DNA of 64,000 bases from Octopus sinensis (Eukaryota), in the NCBI RefSeq assembly GCF_006345805.1, contig NC_043003.1, positions 45,384,001-45,448,000 of the forward strand, read 5' to 3'. A program made the position numbers and the translations under genes. Below are positions 1-14,039 of this stretch, piece by piece (the stretch's first letter is position 1; every line of letters starts with the position of its first letter). The notes beneath the pieces are model-generated. The model saw only the letters and a program-made list of their open reading frames with translations. It had not been told where the DNA came from and did not search any database.

Positions 1-88
1 GTCGACCTTGGCCGAATGTGAACTCAGAACGTAAAGATGGACGAAATACTGCTAAGAACTTTGCCTGGCTCGCGCTTCCGCACCACCT
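1..88 (-). mobile_element. SINE family A, partial (cut by the window edge)
   Basis: gtcgacct...tgaactcagaacgtaaag...gaaatactgctaag matches the other family A copies. Confidence 0.75.
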
Positions 89-1617
89 GATATTATTTCG
101 CGATAAGTTGAGTGCCATGGAAGCAAAATAATTACTACTTATTTAGAGTGAACTAAATTTAGGTAAAATTTATCATTAAAAGCAGCAATGGCAATATTTC
201 ATTATCTTACGTTGCTGAGTTCAATTAATGACATCTACATTGAGAGGTGACAGAAGCTCGCCCTTGAGACTTCGTCCCTCAAAATTTCTTAGATGCTCTT
301 ATCTTCAAAGGCAACAGTTATCAATCGATTCATTGACTCATAATCGTCTTTATGAACATTACTATGATTTCAAATATTTTGGATTGAGACTATTGAAAAT
401 TGCTTTAGATTAATGGCTTCATTCGTCAGACTTCATGCAGTTTGTCAGACTTTATAGTAACACTGCTTTTTATGTGTTTACAACATGGGCTTACACTATA
501 ACCAATTAATGAAACACAATAAGTTTGTAAAAGAAATATGAAGAAAATATTTGCTTCTCTTAAGGCCCTAAATTTTCATTCCACTATAATATCAGCTACA
601 TATCTCATAAATAAGAGAATTTTGGAATTTTTGCACTTTTTTGCCGAATGAAAAAACAGCACGTCAATGTGGTTGAAAATTCAGAATATCATTCTCCAAC
701 CATATTACTGACTCAGTCAAAATTATTGTAACACGGTTCAAACGGGTTTATTTCGGTATGTTTTCAAGGTTCAGATTGCAATATCCACCATACGGATGAA
801 TTAGTCGTGTTTCTTGTTTTGTTTTGTTAGCTTAAAGTTAATTGCATATTTTAAATACTAACTCACTGACCTTTCGAATCCGTATTAACTGGTAACTATT
901 TAAAATTCAATTTGTATTATATCAGTTCGTTCAGAAACTTAAGACTTATAGCTTCATAACGTATCACACATTATGCACCAGAATATATAAACCAACTTAA
1001 TACTTTATATTTCGCTGTAACATAACTTTACAACTCATTAACAAATGGTATGTAACCTGGGGCGATATTATATTTCTTCATATTTCTCGTTGTTATATGT
1101 TAAAATCGAATTGGTGACACTGTAATAGCAGCAGAAATATCTGAGTGCATGAAATCGAGTCCAGCAAGCAGTAAATAAGCAGAAGAGACATAACAAAAAG
1201 AAAAAGAAAAAAAGCAAGAACACATAAAAGCACTTCACTAAATAACTTACTCCGTCTATGTTCATTGTTCAAATGCTATCGGGTTCAGCTTTATATTGCA
1301 AAACTCAGAGATCGATCAAATAAGTGACTAATAATTTGGCTAGTGTTGCATAAAATGACTATACTATATCCATTATCCATAAAAAGTTCCTCTGTACCCA
1401 ATCTAGTAAAAATAAATATAACTGCGTTTCTCTCGGAGGAAGATATTGAGATGACTATTGGCACACATGACAACAAAGCAAGAAAATAAATACCATAAAA
1501 CATGTCGGTGAAGAAGTAATAAACTCAGTGAAACTAAAGTATAAGTGAGCTGAGGTACGATCGCTGTGTTTTAACTTACTTCAGAAATTAAATAAGAAAT
1601 CGACGCCATATATGTGT

Positions 1618-1740
1618 GGCGGCGCCTGGTCTAATAGTAATGCAACTTAATTCTTCAATATATTGTCTTGTGTTCGATTCGCGGTCATGTAAGGTAATTT
1701 ATTTTAGTAACCCAGTTCACCAAGCTGGCAACAAAGAGTC
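1618..1740 (+). mobile_element. Old tRNA-derived SINE head
   Basis: A-box-like tggtctaatagtaa and B-box gttcgattc (1672-1680). Confidence 0.4.
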
Positions 1741-2561
1741 TGGAAATTGATAGAGAACTGCTCAGTGTCAAATCAGTGCACCAGCGCCAAGGATTCAGTG
1801 GTAAGTCCTAAAAACTACAGTGGAGAAGAAGGATATGTCTGCGTCTACTAATGGAATGCTATATCTTAGCTTTCCCTTTTTTTTTTGTTTATAAATGCAA
1901 GCAATCTTCTCTCAAATTGAAATTATGTATTGTAGAATCGTAAAAGAGGATTAGGGAGGAAGATATCCTGAGACCAAAGACCTGGTTCGAATGCTTGAAA
2001 TAGAGTGGAGACATCATCAATAGCAGTCAAGGTACGGATGTTGGTGATAAACCAGGTAATGGGTCAGGTCTATCACCCAAATATGCAAAGTTGGGATTTA
2101 AAATCTGAATATAAGAGACTAAATGTACATCTTGGCATTATTTTCGACATTCATGCCGATCCACCAATTCACCACCCTGGACGGGTGTTTCTTTTTGTGT
2201 TCTTTGCGAAAGAATCAAATGTAAAGATGACCTCGGAGGGATTTGAGCACGTTACATCTTTCTTCATTATGCGTTTGCATTTGTGCAAAACGTAAATATT
2301 GAACTTTTTACTTAATGATATCGATGATAGCTGATGGATGATTTAATTCCTGGCTTGGTGTTAAAAAAAAAGCATCACTTGACCTTTTGATTGACTTTAG
2401 TGGAGTTCAATCTGTCAAAAAAAAAAAACGTTTAGGTCATGTCTGTGATCTGAGTTGAACTTCCTGCCTTTTTCTCACCGGTTTCAGAGGCTCTGAAAAC
2501 CGTCACGAGGGGGCTGTCCTGTTTTCTCTGACAAAGCAATTACAAAATTCATATGACAGCA

Positions 2562-2727
2562 TTAAGTGGTGGTGCTGGGAGATGGTGGTAGTAGTGACAG
2601 GTAGTAGTAATAGTGATGATGGTAGGAGATGGTGGTGGTGGTAGTAGTAGTAGTAGTAGTGAGAGGTAGTAGTAGTGGTGGTGGTGGTAGTTGTAGTAGT
2701 AGTAGTGGTGGTGGTGGTGGTGGTGGT

Positions 2728-2775
<48 letters not shown>

Positions 2776-2880
2776 ATGGTAGTAGTAGTAGTGGTAATGG
2801 TAGTGGTAGTAGTAGTAGTGGTAGTGGTAGCAGTAGTAGTGAAGGTGGTGGTGGTGGCGGTGGAGGTAACAGTTGTCAAT
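2562..2880. repeat. (GTA)n/(GTG)n compound microsatellite
   Basis: Directly visible; explains the poly-V and poly-T ORFs. Confidence 0.95.
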
Positions 2881-3639
2881 GTTCCTCGAAAGAGGATCTA
2901 CGTTTCCGGTGGAACGCTAAAGAAATGAGCCAGAATGTGATGAAGAGTGCCTATTCTTTTAGTAGAACTCTCACTTACTTGTAAATCTGATACAACCGAT
3001 AGATAGCCAGCGTGAAGAGGTACAGGTCAATATCACCAGGTTGAACATTAGCTAGACAGGGTTCTTACTAAGGGCGTGCTGGTAAACTAAGCAGGCTTAC
3101 AAACAGCAGCTAAACCCCCTCTCAACTGATACCTACTTCTTCTTAAAATACTGTACCTCTTATGTTTATGTTGTTAATGTAGTTATCATTTCTTTTATTG
3201 CTATTGTTATTTTTTGTTTTCGTTGCTACTGTTGCCCTTCTTCTAACATACTATTCTTCTACCAAAATAAGATAACAAAAAATTCGCTTTCATTTGAACC
3301 TACCGTCATGTTATGCAATAAAACGTATATAAATAACACACCCGTTTACATGAACCGTTCTGGGTCCTTTAGCAGAGAGAGGCGTGGAATCTAAGAAAAT
3401 AGCAAAGTTATGTTTGGCATTTTACCAATGTATATGATTTGTTTAACATTTCATACAAATGCTGCTGTATTTCGCCACAGTTGCTTCATTTATAACCAAA
3501 CTCCGTTTAAAATGGAAAACCTTTCATTTTTTTTCCTTCTTACATTTCTTAAGATATTTTCCTCTGTCTAAAGTTAGATGTCTTAAAAACCATACTCTAG
3601 TTTGAATCACACCTTATCACCTAATCTGCTTACATAATA

Positions 3640-3842
3640 CGAGGAGGTGCTGAAAAGTTCCTGGCTTTAAGGTTGTTACGAAAGGCCTGGCTGGAATCCC
3701 AAACTTCCTGGTTCTTTTACAAGGCATAGAAAATCTGAAGGACCGCTGAAACAAGTGTCTGAATCTGAGAAGGGAATATGTTGAGTAAAATTATAATTGA
3801 CTGATCTTCCTATGTTTTCTTTAATCCAAAGCGAGGAACTTT
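3640..3842 (+). mobile_element. Internally deleted mariner element (MITE-like)
   Basis: TA|cgaggaggtgctgaaaagttcctggcttt left TIR; partial right TIR aaagcgaggaacttt. The interior encodes a decayed transposase C-terminus GIENLKDR*NKCLNLRREYVE*. Confidence 0.75.
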
Positions 3843-4435
3843 GGGTAAAAGTATGTGTGCAGTCAGGAACGTGATAGTTGCTTCAATATATATTCTGAGA
3901 ATTTAAGGAGAGATGGATTTTGTATAGTTCGAATTCTATTTCGATCAATTAGAATTATCAACAATGAGAAATTGTATATGCTGGAATTGAAAATCCTTTC
4001 CTTGAAGGACAGTCGAGAGACTATATTCACCAAAACATATTTCCTGTCAACAGTTTTGCAACAAGGATTTGTTTTGATAAAGAACGCCTACACATACTAC
4101 TACGTGGTGGAATAAATTTGCTTATTTTGTTTTGTGGGAGAGAAGTGATGGCTCAAGAAGAGGAGAAAGGGCACCGTCCAGGAAGCTTTTGTAGAGTCTG
4201 TTCTAGTGGGAGAAGGTATAAGGAAGATATGGATATTCTTAGATTGAAAACCTGGATCGACTGCTTGCAACTGAGATAACTCTCATATAGAGAGGCATAT
4301 TTACAACCAGTCCTCAAACGCAGGTGAATACGACTATATTTTATGTTTTAATCGCCTATGCAATCGCGAGAAAGCACAGACACTCTCTCGGCTCTTGTGT
4401 GTGCTTGTGTGTGACGTTATGTATAGCAGTCTATA

Positions 4436-4472
<37 letters not shown>

Positions 4473-4715
4473 AGATGTATGTATAGCAATATAATTAGGA
4501 GGAGGAGAAGACGAAGAAGTGGAAGTAAAAGTACGTTATCGAGCAATACTTTTTTATTTTTGATGACTTTCACACTATGCATTGAGTCATGTCCCTTTAA
4601 TTGTTTTTATGTATTCAGAATGTATGTTTTAACATAAAACATACTCTCACATGAATGTGTGCATGTGTGCATACACACGCACAAGCATGTGTATATGTGC
4701 GCATGTGTGTATGTA

Positions 4716-4718
4716 TAC

Positions 4719-4790
<72 letters not shown>

Positions 4791-5072
4791 ATCCAAACAA
4801 GAAAACACAAACAAACAAAAAAAAAAACACAACGCGAGGACGTGGAACAAATAAAGTATTATTGGACGCTCAAGAAAGACACACACACACACACACCACA
4901 CACACACACATATATATATATGTATATATATATATGTATATATAATATGTATATATATATGTATATGTATATATATATATGTATATATATATATGTATAT
5001 ATATATATGTATATATATGTATATATATGTATATGTATATATGTATATGTATATATATGTATAATATATATG

Positions 5073-5105
<33 letters not shown>

Positions 5106-5188
5106 GTATATATATGTATATATATATATATGTATATATATGTATATATATATATATAATGTATATATATATATGTATATGTATATAT

Positions 5189-5241
<53 letters not shown>

Positions 5242-5248
5242 ATATATA
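4716..5248. repeat. (TA)n/(TATG)n compound microsatellite, representative of dozens in the window
   Basis: Directly visible; explains the IYIY ORFs. Confidence 0.95.
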
Positions 5249-6227
5249 TGCATAAAGATTGATATTTGTATAGAAGATCAAAGCTCTGACCATTGATCTC
5301 CTTTCTTCCTATACGATAAATAAAATCCAGTGATATCCGATAGACCACTGACGAGTATCGTCGCTTGTGAAGAACATTATTTTTGTCTAAAACCTTCGTA
5401 TTTTGATTACTTCTTTGAGTTGCTGCCTTTTTCTCTTCCGCCTAAACCGTCTTATCAGGACATTTCTTTCTCCCCATAGACAGAAGTTCTAAACCATATT
5501 ATTCTCTTGCAAAATTAAAAAAAAAATGAAAAGTGTCCAGTGTTTTATCGACGTTGCATCACACAGTCCATAACACACAATATAATTGTCTTTCTGTAAA
5601 CTTGTAATTGTCTTTCAGATATAAGGATTGACTATATTAGCAGCGGATAAAATGAAGGAAACAAACTTTCTATAGACATGTGAAGTACACCCTTTGATAT
5701 ATACCTGATACTCACATATCAGCCGAAAGTATCTATTGGCTAAAGTTGTTCTTGGTCTGCAAACGGTTGACAATCACCATGGCTACGATCTACTCATAAT
5801 AGTCTCTAAAAAAGAATGATGAATTATATTATAAAATATGCATAGAGCAGAGATTCTTTAAACAAGGGCAGAGTATAAGATACAAAGCAATACTGAAAAT
5901 AATTCGTATTTTTCTTTTTTGGCTGAGCAAGGCTATTTTACGAGAGAATGGAGTGATGTTTTAGCGGCATATATAATATCATTGCAATTTTTATGAGTAG
6001 ATCACAAAACAGAAACAAGTATATCGACAAAGACATAGAACTGTAACGTTAACATATACATATATGCATGCATGTATGCATATGTGTTGATATATGTGTA
6101 TGTATTATTTAGTTACACACACCTATCCATATATATACATATATATATATATATATACGGCATATATATATTTGTATATATATACTGCATATATACATAT
6201 ATATGTATACATTACATATATATGCAG

Positions 6228-6277
<50 letters not shown>

Positions 6278-6278
<1 letters not shown>

Positions 6279-6667
6279 GTTTAAATATTTGTTGTGCAAG
6301 ATTTTTTATGTGAAGTCGTGTGTTGAAACAGATATTGTTATATTTCGGAATGGTCATATTGCCAGTTTAGCCAATAAAACACACGCACTATATATTTGGT
6401 GTTATTTTGCTTCAGTGTTATTTATTTTTTACATTAATCTTAATCTTATTTCGGCTGACGGTTAGAAAGGAGAGACACAAATAAGAAAGAAGAAAACAAA
6501 GGACCACTGATGCAGTCACAGGAGTGTGACGAAAGAACTCTGGCCGAAATAAGATTAAGATCAATGTAAAAAATAAATAACACTGAAGCAAAATAACACC
6601 AAATATATAGTGCGTGTGTTTTTATTGGCTAAACTGGCAATATGACCATTCCAAAATATAACAATAT
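6278..6667. mobile_element. Fold-back element (family X) embedded in (TA)n; about 124-bp inverted arms with a hammerhead in the spacer
   Basis: Arms 6332-6455 and 6543-6667 are near-perfect reverse complements. Related sequence occurs at 61168-61269. Confidence 0.7.
6501..6546 (+). ncRNA. Minimal type I hammerhead-like motif, slightly degenerate
   Basis: GGACCA-CUGAUG(C)A-GUCAC aggagu GUGAC-GAAA-GAAC-UC-UGGCC. It has a 5-bp stem II, GAAA, A-G/C-U stem III, a CUC triplet and a stem I with one mismatch. There is one core deviation (C at or after position 9). Confidence 0.6.
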
Positions 6668-6685
6668 ATATATATATATGCAGTA

Positions 6686-6969
6686 TAACATCGTCTGTTT
6701 TTCCGTCATTGTTTCGTATATATTCGATGCTTTTTCTAAGGAATCTAATGCTCTTAGCTTAGTTTTTTTCTTGGGGCTGGCTAGATTGGAGCAATCTCAA
6801 GATTAATCAGCCGAAATTGCGAGGATGATCCGGTTCTTGACTGAAGTTACAAGGCTTCGAATGACCCGTCCGTGATTTGTTTTTGTATCATCTGTCTGGT
6901 TGTTTCGTTGTCCCCTTTTGTATCACCTGATTGTCCGGGGTTTTTTTGCATTCTTGTTCCATTTTGTAT
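6686..6969. repeat. Unclassified (TA)n-associated dispersed repeat (family Y), copy 1
   Basis: High identity to 7491-7768; its 3' half recurs at 61031-61123. Confidence 0.85.
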
Positions 6970-7000
<31 letters not shown>

Positions 7001-7490
7001 TATATATAGATATATATATATACATAGTGGCGTACGTACATTTTGTTCTCTTATATGTAAGTACACATTTCACTAAATTTTGTACGACTTTTTCAAATTT
7101 TTCTCCCCACTCTCTCTCACATTTCTCTGCGTTTCTTACTCGCTGTGCACTTCCCTATGTCCCTGCCTCTCTTATTTTTTTGCCACTCCTTGATTCTTCC
7201 GTCTATCTACTTCTACACTCTCTCTCTCTCTCTCTCTCTCTTCTCCCTTCCTTAATTCCTTTGTTCATCTTTTTCTCTCTCTTCTCTTCTCACGTGACCT
7301 TTGGCCAACTGCTAGCCCTTTTGTGTTTGACCGTAGTCACTGCCACAACGATATTCTTCCCTCTGCCGTAAGGCTTCATTTCCATACACGCCAGTTGAAT
7401 TCAATTCGTCCCCAGTCGAAAGACGCCTGTTGTTATGTCCTGTTGTTTTTATTATTGTTTTTTTATTGTATTTTTGTATTTATATTCGTG

Positions 7491-7768
7491 TAACATCGTC
7501 TGTTTTCCGTCCTTGTTTCGTATACATTCGATGCTTTTTCCAAGGAGTCTAATGCTCTTGGCTTAGTTTTTCCTTGGGGCTGGCCTGATTGGAGCAATCT
7601 CAAGATTAATCAGCCGAAATTGCGAGAATGATCCGGTTGTTGACTGAAGATAAAAGGCTTCGAATGACCCATCCGTATTTTTTGTATCGTCTATCTGGAT
7701 GTTTTGTTGTCCCCTTTTGTATCATCTAGTTGTCCGGATGTTTTGCGTTCTTGTCCCATTTTGTATTT
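7491..7768. repeat. Family Y, copy 2 (direct repeat of 6686-6969)
   Basis: Same start taacatcgtctgttt and same end cccattttgtatt followed by (TA)n. Confidence 0.85.
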
Positions 7769-7840
7769 TATTATATATATACACAGTATATATTATATAC
7801 AATATATATACTGTATATATATGTATATATTTATATATAT

Positions 7841-7871
<31 letters not shown>

Positions 7872-8805
7872 GCACATATATACATATATATGTGTATGTG
7901 TGAGTGTGTGAAAATATATATGTGTGCATATACACACATATGTTTATATACCTCTAGAGACATAAGTACCCACATACACACACACATGTATGCACATATA
8001 GATAAATATATGGATAACTCGCGAGTTTGATAGTTAGACACAGAGACAGACAGAAATATAGCTAGACAATGTTTTTTTTCCCAATTTCTAATATTAGCAA
8101 ACTAATTGAAGAAAAACTTGTACGCATAGACAAATATAGTTTATTGCAAAAGAAACTAGGTGTATTTTGAAACTAGTCGCAAATGTATCGACATGTATAC
8201 ATAAGCGCACAACATATATGTGCGTAAATCACCTAATTAACGAAACAACAAATCTCAAATATTTTCTTGACTAAATCAAATGTCTTACTATGTTGTGACT
8301 CACCTGTATGAATACTGCAATGAATAAATAAACACAATAATTACATCAAATAAATCACAAATATATACGCCTGCATTTAAACAGGTTAAATCACATATGT
8401 ATATAAGCGATGTACGTGCGCCTATCTGTATGCATGCATATATGTATGTATGTTTCCTTGAATCAAGAAAATATTTGACACTTGTCTTTACCTTTACTGT
8501 GTGATCTATTTATCTATCTATCTATTATAAATTTATCAATAGTTTATATATCATTTATATAAATACATTTTACATTTAAACACAAGAGAGGTATCCATCA
8601 TAGGACTACCTGCAGGCTAGAGAGGACATAACCCAGTTTGGTCGCAGTCTGATGACTGAAAAAAGTCTAAAGATAAATAATTGATTGTGCGCAAAGTTCG
8701 TCCAGATATCTCAAATTGAGAACCCCTGAAATGGTTCAGAAATGTTAATTTTTACCTCCTATCAATTATATCAGGATAATGCAAATCAGACTTCTCAATT
8801 TTATT

Positions 8806-9039
8806 TATTTATTTGTTGCCCACAAGGGGATAAATATAGAGGGGACAAACAAGGACAGACAAAGGGATTAAGTCGATTACATCGACCCCAGTGCTTCGCT
8901 AGTACTTATTTAATCAACCGCGAAAGTATGAAAGGCAAAATCGACCTCGGAGGAATTTGAACTCAGAACGTAACGGCAAACGAAACACCACTATGCATTT
9001 CACCCGGCGTGCTAACGCTTCAGCCAGCTCGCCGCCTTA
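8806..9039 (-). mobile_element. SINE family A
   Basis: Reverse complement of the 33913-34145 element along its full length. Confidence 0.9.
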
Positions 9040-11577
9040 AACTGAGACATATCAATTTTATTGTCGAAGAAACTATCTTAGCATCGGTAGTAAACACAAA
9101 AAGAGGGAACAGTATTTCTATGGTTATGTGCCTGATGTGTGTCTGAGTAAAGTAATTTTATCCGTCTCGAGGGAAGGGTCTTTCTCTGGATGCCGTGTAG
9201 TTTGTCCGTGAGCGTACAACAGCAGCACCATAAATGATAATGTTGCATTATTTCAATAAGATTCTACTTGAGCTTTGAGATGCGTCAGTAACCGCCAGGG
9301 GCTGAATTGCTTTCTTTCTATTAGTAGACTGTCTCGCCTTTTAGACGCCGGTTTAGCTATGTTAAGGAAGTTCTTCCACCGTCAGATATTTTGGGCGATA
9401 ATGAACTTTAACTTTTGGAGCGACCCTGATGTATAACCCATTGCTACTCATGTATAACGCGGCTGTAATACGCGATGTTTTCACAAATGACCTCTCCTGG
9501 TACTCAATGAGACGTCTTATTTTAGCGTGTATATGTGTATTCTTGCGCGTGTGTATGTGCGTAACTTTATGTATGTATTTGTGTGTATGTGTGCGGAAGG
9601 CGTCTGTGATATTGTATATAGAGGTTTGAGACATGGCTAGAGTATTTTCAAATTTCCAAAGGAAAAGACACAGAGACAAAAGTACAAATAAATTCTTTTG
9701 TCGATAACTGTATACACATAACAGCAAAGTAATATGGAGGCCATTATATAGAAAACAGACATTTACACATATGTGTATATCTCTTTTATGTAGATGGCTT
9801 TATGACTATGGAAGCATGAATGTTTGCTCGCGCGCTCGCGCGTACAGACACACACAAAGCATACACATATACAAAACATACACAGGCAGCACACACTCAC
9901 ATATACGCATATATGTATACATATGTATATATGTGTGTGTATGTGCGTGTGTGTATACATATATAAATTTACATAAAACAATGAGTAATAGAACGTGTAT
10001 GTGTATGTGTATAAATATACATATATATATATATATATATGTACATATATATATGTACACGTGTTTATTTACACATGTATAAGTGCGTGTGTGTGTGTGT
10101 GAGTGTGTGTGTGTGTGTGTGCGGGCGTTTTTGTATGTGTAATAAGTGTATTTATGGCAGCACATTTTCTACGATATCTTTATTGAAAAATGAAGACCAT
10201 AAAAATGGTTAATGTTTTTATTGTTAAGATTCTCCAAATGCCGCGGTTACATTGACGGTTTATACTGCTAGATTAAATATAGAACTTCTCCGAATCTCTT
10301 CTTTCTAATGTTTCGCCTGACTGAAATATATTTTTAAAGAAATATTGAGAGGAACAAAGTCTACAGAGAAGACACTTATGAGTTGAAACGATAAATATTT
10401 TTGTTTATCACATTTCGTTGTGTGATAAACACATAAAATGCTTGACCTTTCGTGAGCAGTCATATCCATCAGTGGGCCATCAATATTTATGACCTCCGAA
10501 AGAGGAAAAGTGAAACAGAATTATGTTTCACATGTCTTGCTCTAGACTAAAATATTCTAAGTACTTTACAACAACTACTAGATATCTTTTATTAAGCCTA
10601 AACGACACCACTTCTAAGACTGTAAAAACTATTCAGAAATTCCCACACTTTATGGTTTGGGATGAAATATTGTCAGTCAAATAACTTCTTTTTGATGTGA
10701 AGTAACTTGCCCAGGATTTAATTTCTTACACCATCGCACAAACAAAACGATATCCTTACAGAGCTGGATTGTGACGACACTTGCTCCAGTTTATAGGTAC
10801 TTAGAAATAGACGGCGCCATTTCATATTTAAATATCAAAGACATGTGAACGAGTTGAACGCCTGAAATTCGAACTTGTCCGCCCATTTTAAATATTTGAG
10901 ATTTTAGAGTAGTCAACAAGTACATTTTAGATCAGATTTAAGAAATGACCGTGTGTCTAAATCTGACATATTTAGTGAGAATTTTAACTGGTTTAATCAT
11001 TCTTGCTCCGTGTATACGAAGACAACTTAACTAGGATACGTTTTCAACGCAATCGATTGAATAACATCTGGTTAATTGTTTTTATACTGGCTATTATACA
11101 TACATAGATATACACATACATACATACCGGGTCACACACACACTCATACACAAACATATCTGTTGTTGTTGTTGTTGTTGTTGTTAGTGGTGGTGGTGGT
11201 GGTGGTGGTCGTCGTCGTCGTCGTGGTCTTCGTCGTTGTCTTGCTGCTGCTGCTGTTGTTCGTGAATAAGAATACATTTGTTTCATCAACTAAATAACTT
11301 GCTCCGAAATTATAGGTTAAGCGGGCAAACATTCCACCATCACATGCACCCTTGACGTAAAGCTAAGAGAGAGACAGCATATGGAAATGCAATAATTTCC
11401 AAATTACATGGACTGGCATCTTTATATTTCCCGACCTGAAAATTTACCATATGACATTTATTTAAGACACCACGACTGGGGACAGAACTCCAGATGTTAT
11501 CGATGACGAGATTGGCGATCGACCTCAAGATTTGTTGACGAGATGTGTGTGTGTGTGTTAATATAAGATAAATAGAA

Positions 11578-11702
11578 ATTAATTTCAAATTTTGACACAA
11601 AGCCAGCAATTTCGGGGAAAGGGGTAAAGTCGATTACATCGAACCTACTGCTCAACTGATGCTTATTTATCGACCCCGAAAGGGCAAAAGGCAAAGTCAA
11701 CA
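11578..11702 (-). mobile_element. SINE family A, 3' fragment
   Basis: gtcgattacatcga...tttatcgaccccgaaagggcaaaaggcaaagtcaac. Confidence 0.75.
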
Positions 11703-12914
11703 CGACATGATGCATATATATTCATACGTCCATAATTGCATGTATGTATGTATGTATGTATGTATGTATGTATGCATGTATGCATTGTGTTTGTGTGCGT
11801 GCTCAACTACATTTGCTATAATTTACTAGCGTAGAAGAATCGCTTTACAAAGTTTCAAAAAAATGGCTCTGCGTATAATGCAACCGTGTGTTATAAGCTA
11901 GGATGCTTGACATGCATAGGCTCTAAGCAAAAAAAAAAATGAAAGAAGGAAAGAGAAAATTGTTATTGATAATAAAATATTGAAAACAAGCCTCACTTCC
12001 AAAGCTTGTTACCAAAAACTTACGGAAACTTAGTTATATGTTGACCATAATGTGGAGAGGTCACATTATTTCATTATACCGCCATTCCCAACATGCATAT
12101 CACTCAGCTGATAGGAATGATGTTTCATTTAATGAGTTCTTAAGGTTAAGAAACATTTTCAGCTATCTAAATTAAAACCTAGAAAGAGAAAAAGGATATT
12201 CAATCCTCCAGCGCATGTCAGATATTTGTAATGAATTGATGACAACAAAAACGTAGCGGTTACGCAGCACCTTAGCGGCCGATTGCAGTAAAGCATGATA
12301 CTGCAGTGAGACGGTGTGTGGGAGGTGGTGAGTGTGTGTGTGAGTGTGAGAGAGAGTCAGAGAGAGAGAGAGAGAGAGATTTTCAGCGTGTATGGCAAAA
12401 TTATTGACCAAAATGTATATAACTATAAAGGGGGGATCTCAAAGAAGTTATAGTTGAAATACAGAACTCGGGTAACGTTGTTTATATTTGATAAATTTAT
12501 GGTTTCAAATTTTATTCTAGTATACGCTCAACATTATGTATTTACACGCATAGGATAATAAAATTCGTCCGCCAAAACCACTTCAAAATATATCTGAATA
12601 AGTATGATATAACGCAGTAATATTTTTTCCAACAAAATATGCTTGTAATATAGGGTGCGTATTATGCAAGAGTGCGTCAGATGCGCCGGCAAATATGATA
12701 AGTAAACAGAATTAACTGTTCATCTTTGATATAATAGACATACTTACCTGTATTGATTCGATGTCAGACAATGTTTGCATATGTAAAATGTATTTGTAAA
12801 TATATTTTGCAACTTTTACATTAGATATATACATATATACCCCACCACACGCACACACGCCCAAAAGCCCACTCGCCCACACATACATATTTATATAAAT
12901 TTATCCACACACAC

Positions 12915-12989
<75 letters not shown>

Positions 12990-13081
12990 TATATATATAT
13001 ACACATATCTTTATATAAATACATAAACGCATATATATATATACATACATATATACACATATCTTTATATAAATACATAAA

Positions 13082-13123
<42 letters not shown>

Positions 13124-13280
13124 CATACATATGTGAGTATATGTATATCTATGTGTATATGTGTAGAGGCATGTACATATATTTTATATCAATTAGTATG
13201 TGTTGTGTTGTGTGTACATATGTGTACATATGAGTGTGCATATTGTATACTATATATATGAATTTTGTGTATGATATTCG

Positions 13281-13320
<40 letters not shown>

Positions 13321-13622
13321 ATATATATGCGTGTGTATGTATATGTATGTATGTAGAGTGAAATATGTATGTATATATGCACTGTTTTATTTTATTTATT
13401 TCACTTAGAGGATGCGGCCATACTGTAGCATAGTATCGATGGATTTGGCGGAGCGTATCGTCCCAAGTGTTTATTTCACTTTGCACATATCGAAATCTAT
13501 TTGTCGGACTGTTTCTTTGCGGAACGTTAGCAGCAATAGTGATGGAAGCATAAGCAGACACACGCCCACTTTCCTCGCTTCCGCCAAATTCACACACACG
13601 CACGCACGCACGCACGCGCACA

Positions 13623-13662
<40 letters not shown>

Positions 13663-13811
13663 ACAAGTTACCGAAAATACAAACATTTTCATTTATACGC
13701 ACAGGAATAAATACACACATTGATAATATATATATAAAACACATACATATTTTCATACACATGTATAAACATCTTTTGTGAACAGAAAATTATGATATAC
13801 CTATATGTATT

Positions 13812-13845
<34 letters not shown>

Positions 13846-14039
13846 TGTATGTATGTATGTATGTATGTATGTATGTATGTATGTATGTATGAATGTATGT
13901 ATGTATGTTTGTATGTACGTATGTGTGTACCTATACGTATTCATATATATACCTATGTATATATGTGTGTATATATTTATATGTATGTAAGTATATAAGT
14001 GTGCATGTGTATATATATATGCATGTATGACATGCCTTC

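Noticed and set aside
1708-1800. 93-nt open, phase-symmetric AG...GTAAGT exon candidate (TQFTKLATKSLEIDRELL...)
   Set aside because: It overlaps the body of a tRNA-SINE-like sequence, has a weak pyrimidine tract and no recognisable homology.
6835-6875. ttgactgaag...cttcgaat in family Y as a hammerhead
   Set aside because: The core is one nucleotide short, GAAU replaces GAAA, and stem I does not pair.
13390-13590. GC-richer island with an open minus frame (..RFRYVQSEINTWDDTLRQIHRYY..)
   Set aside because: There are no convincing splice sites or recognisable homology.
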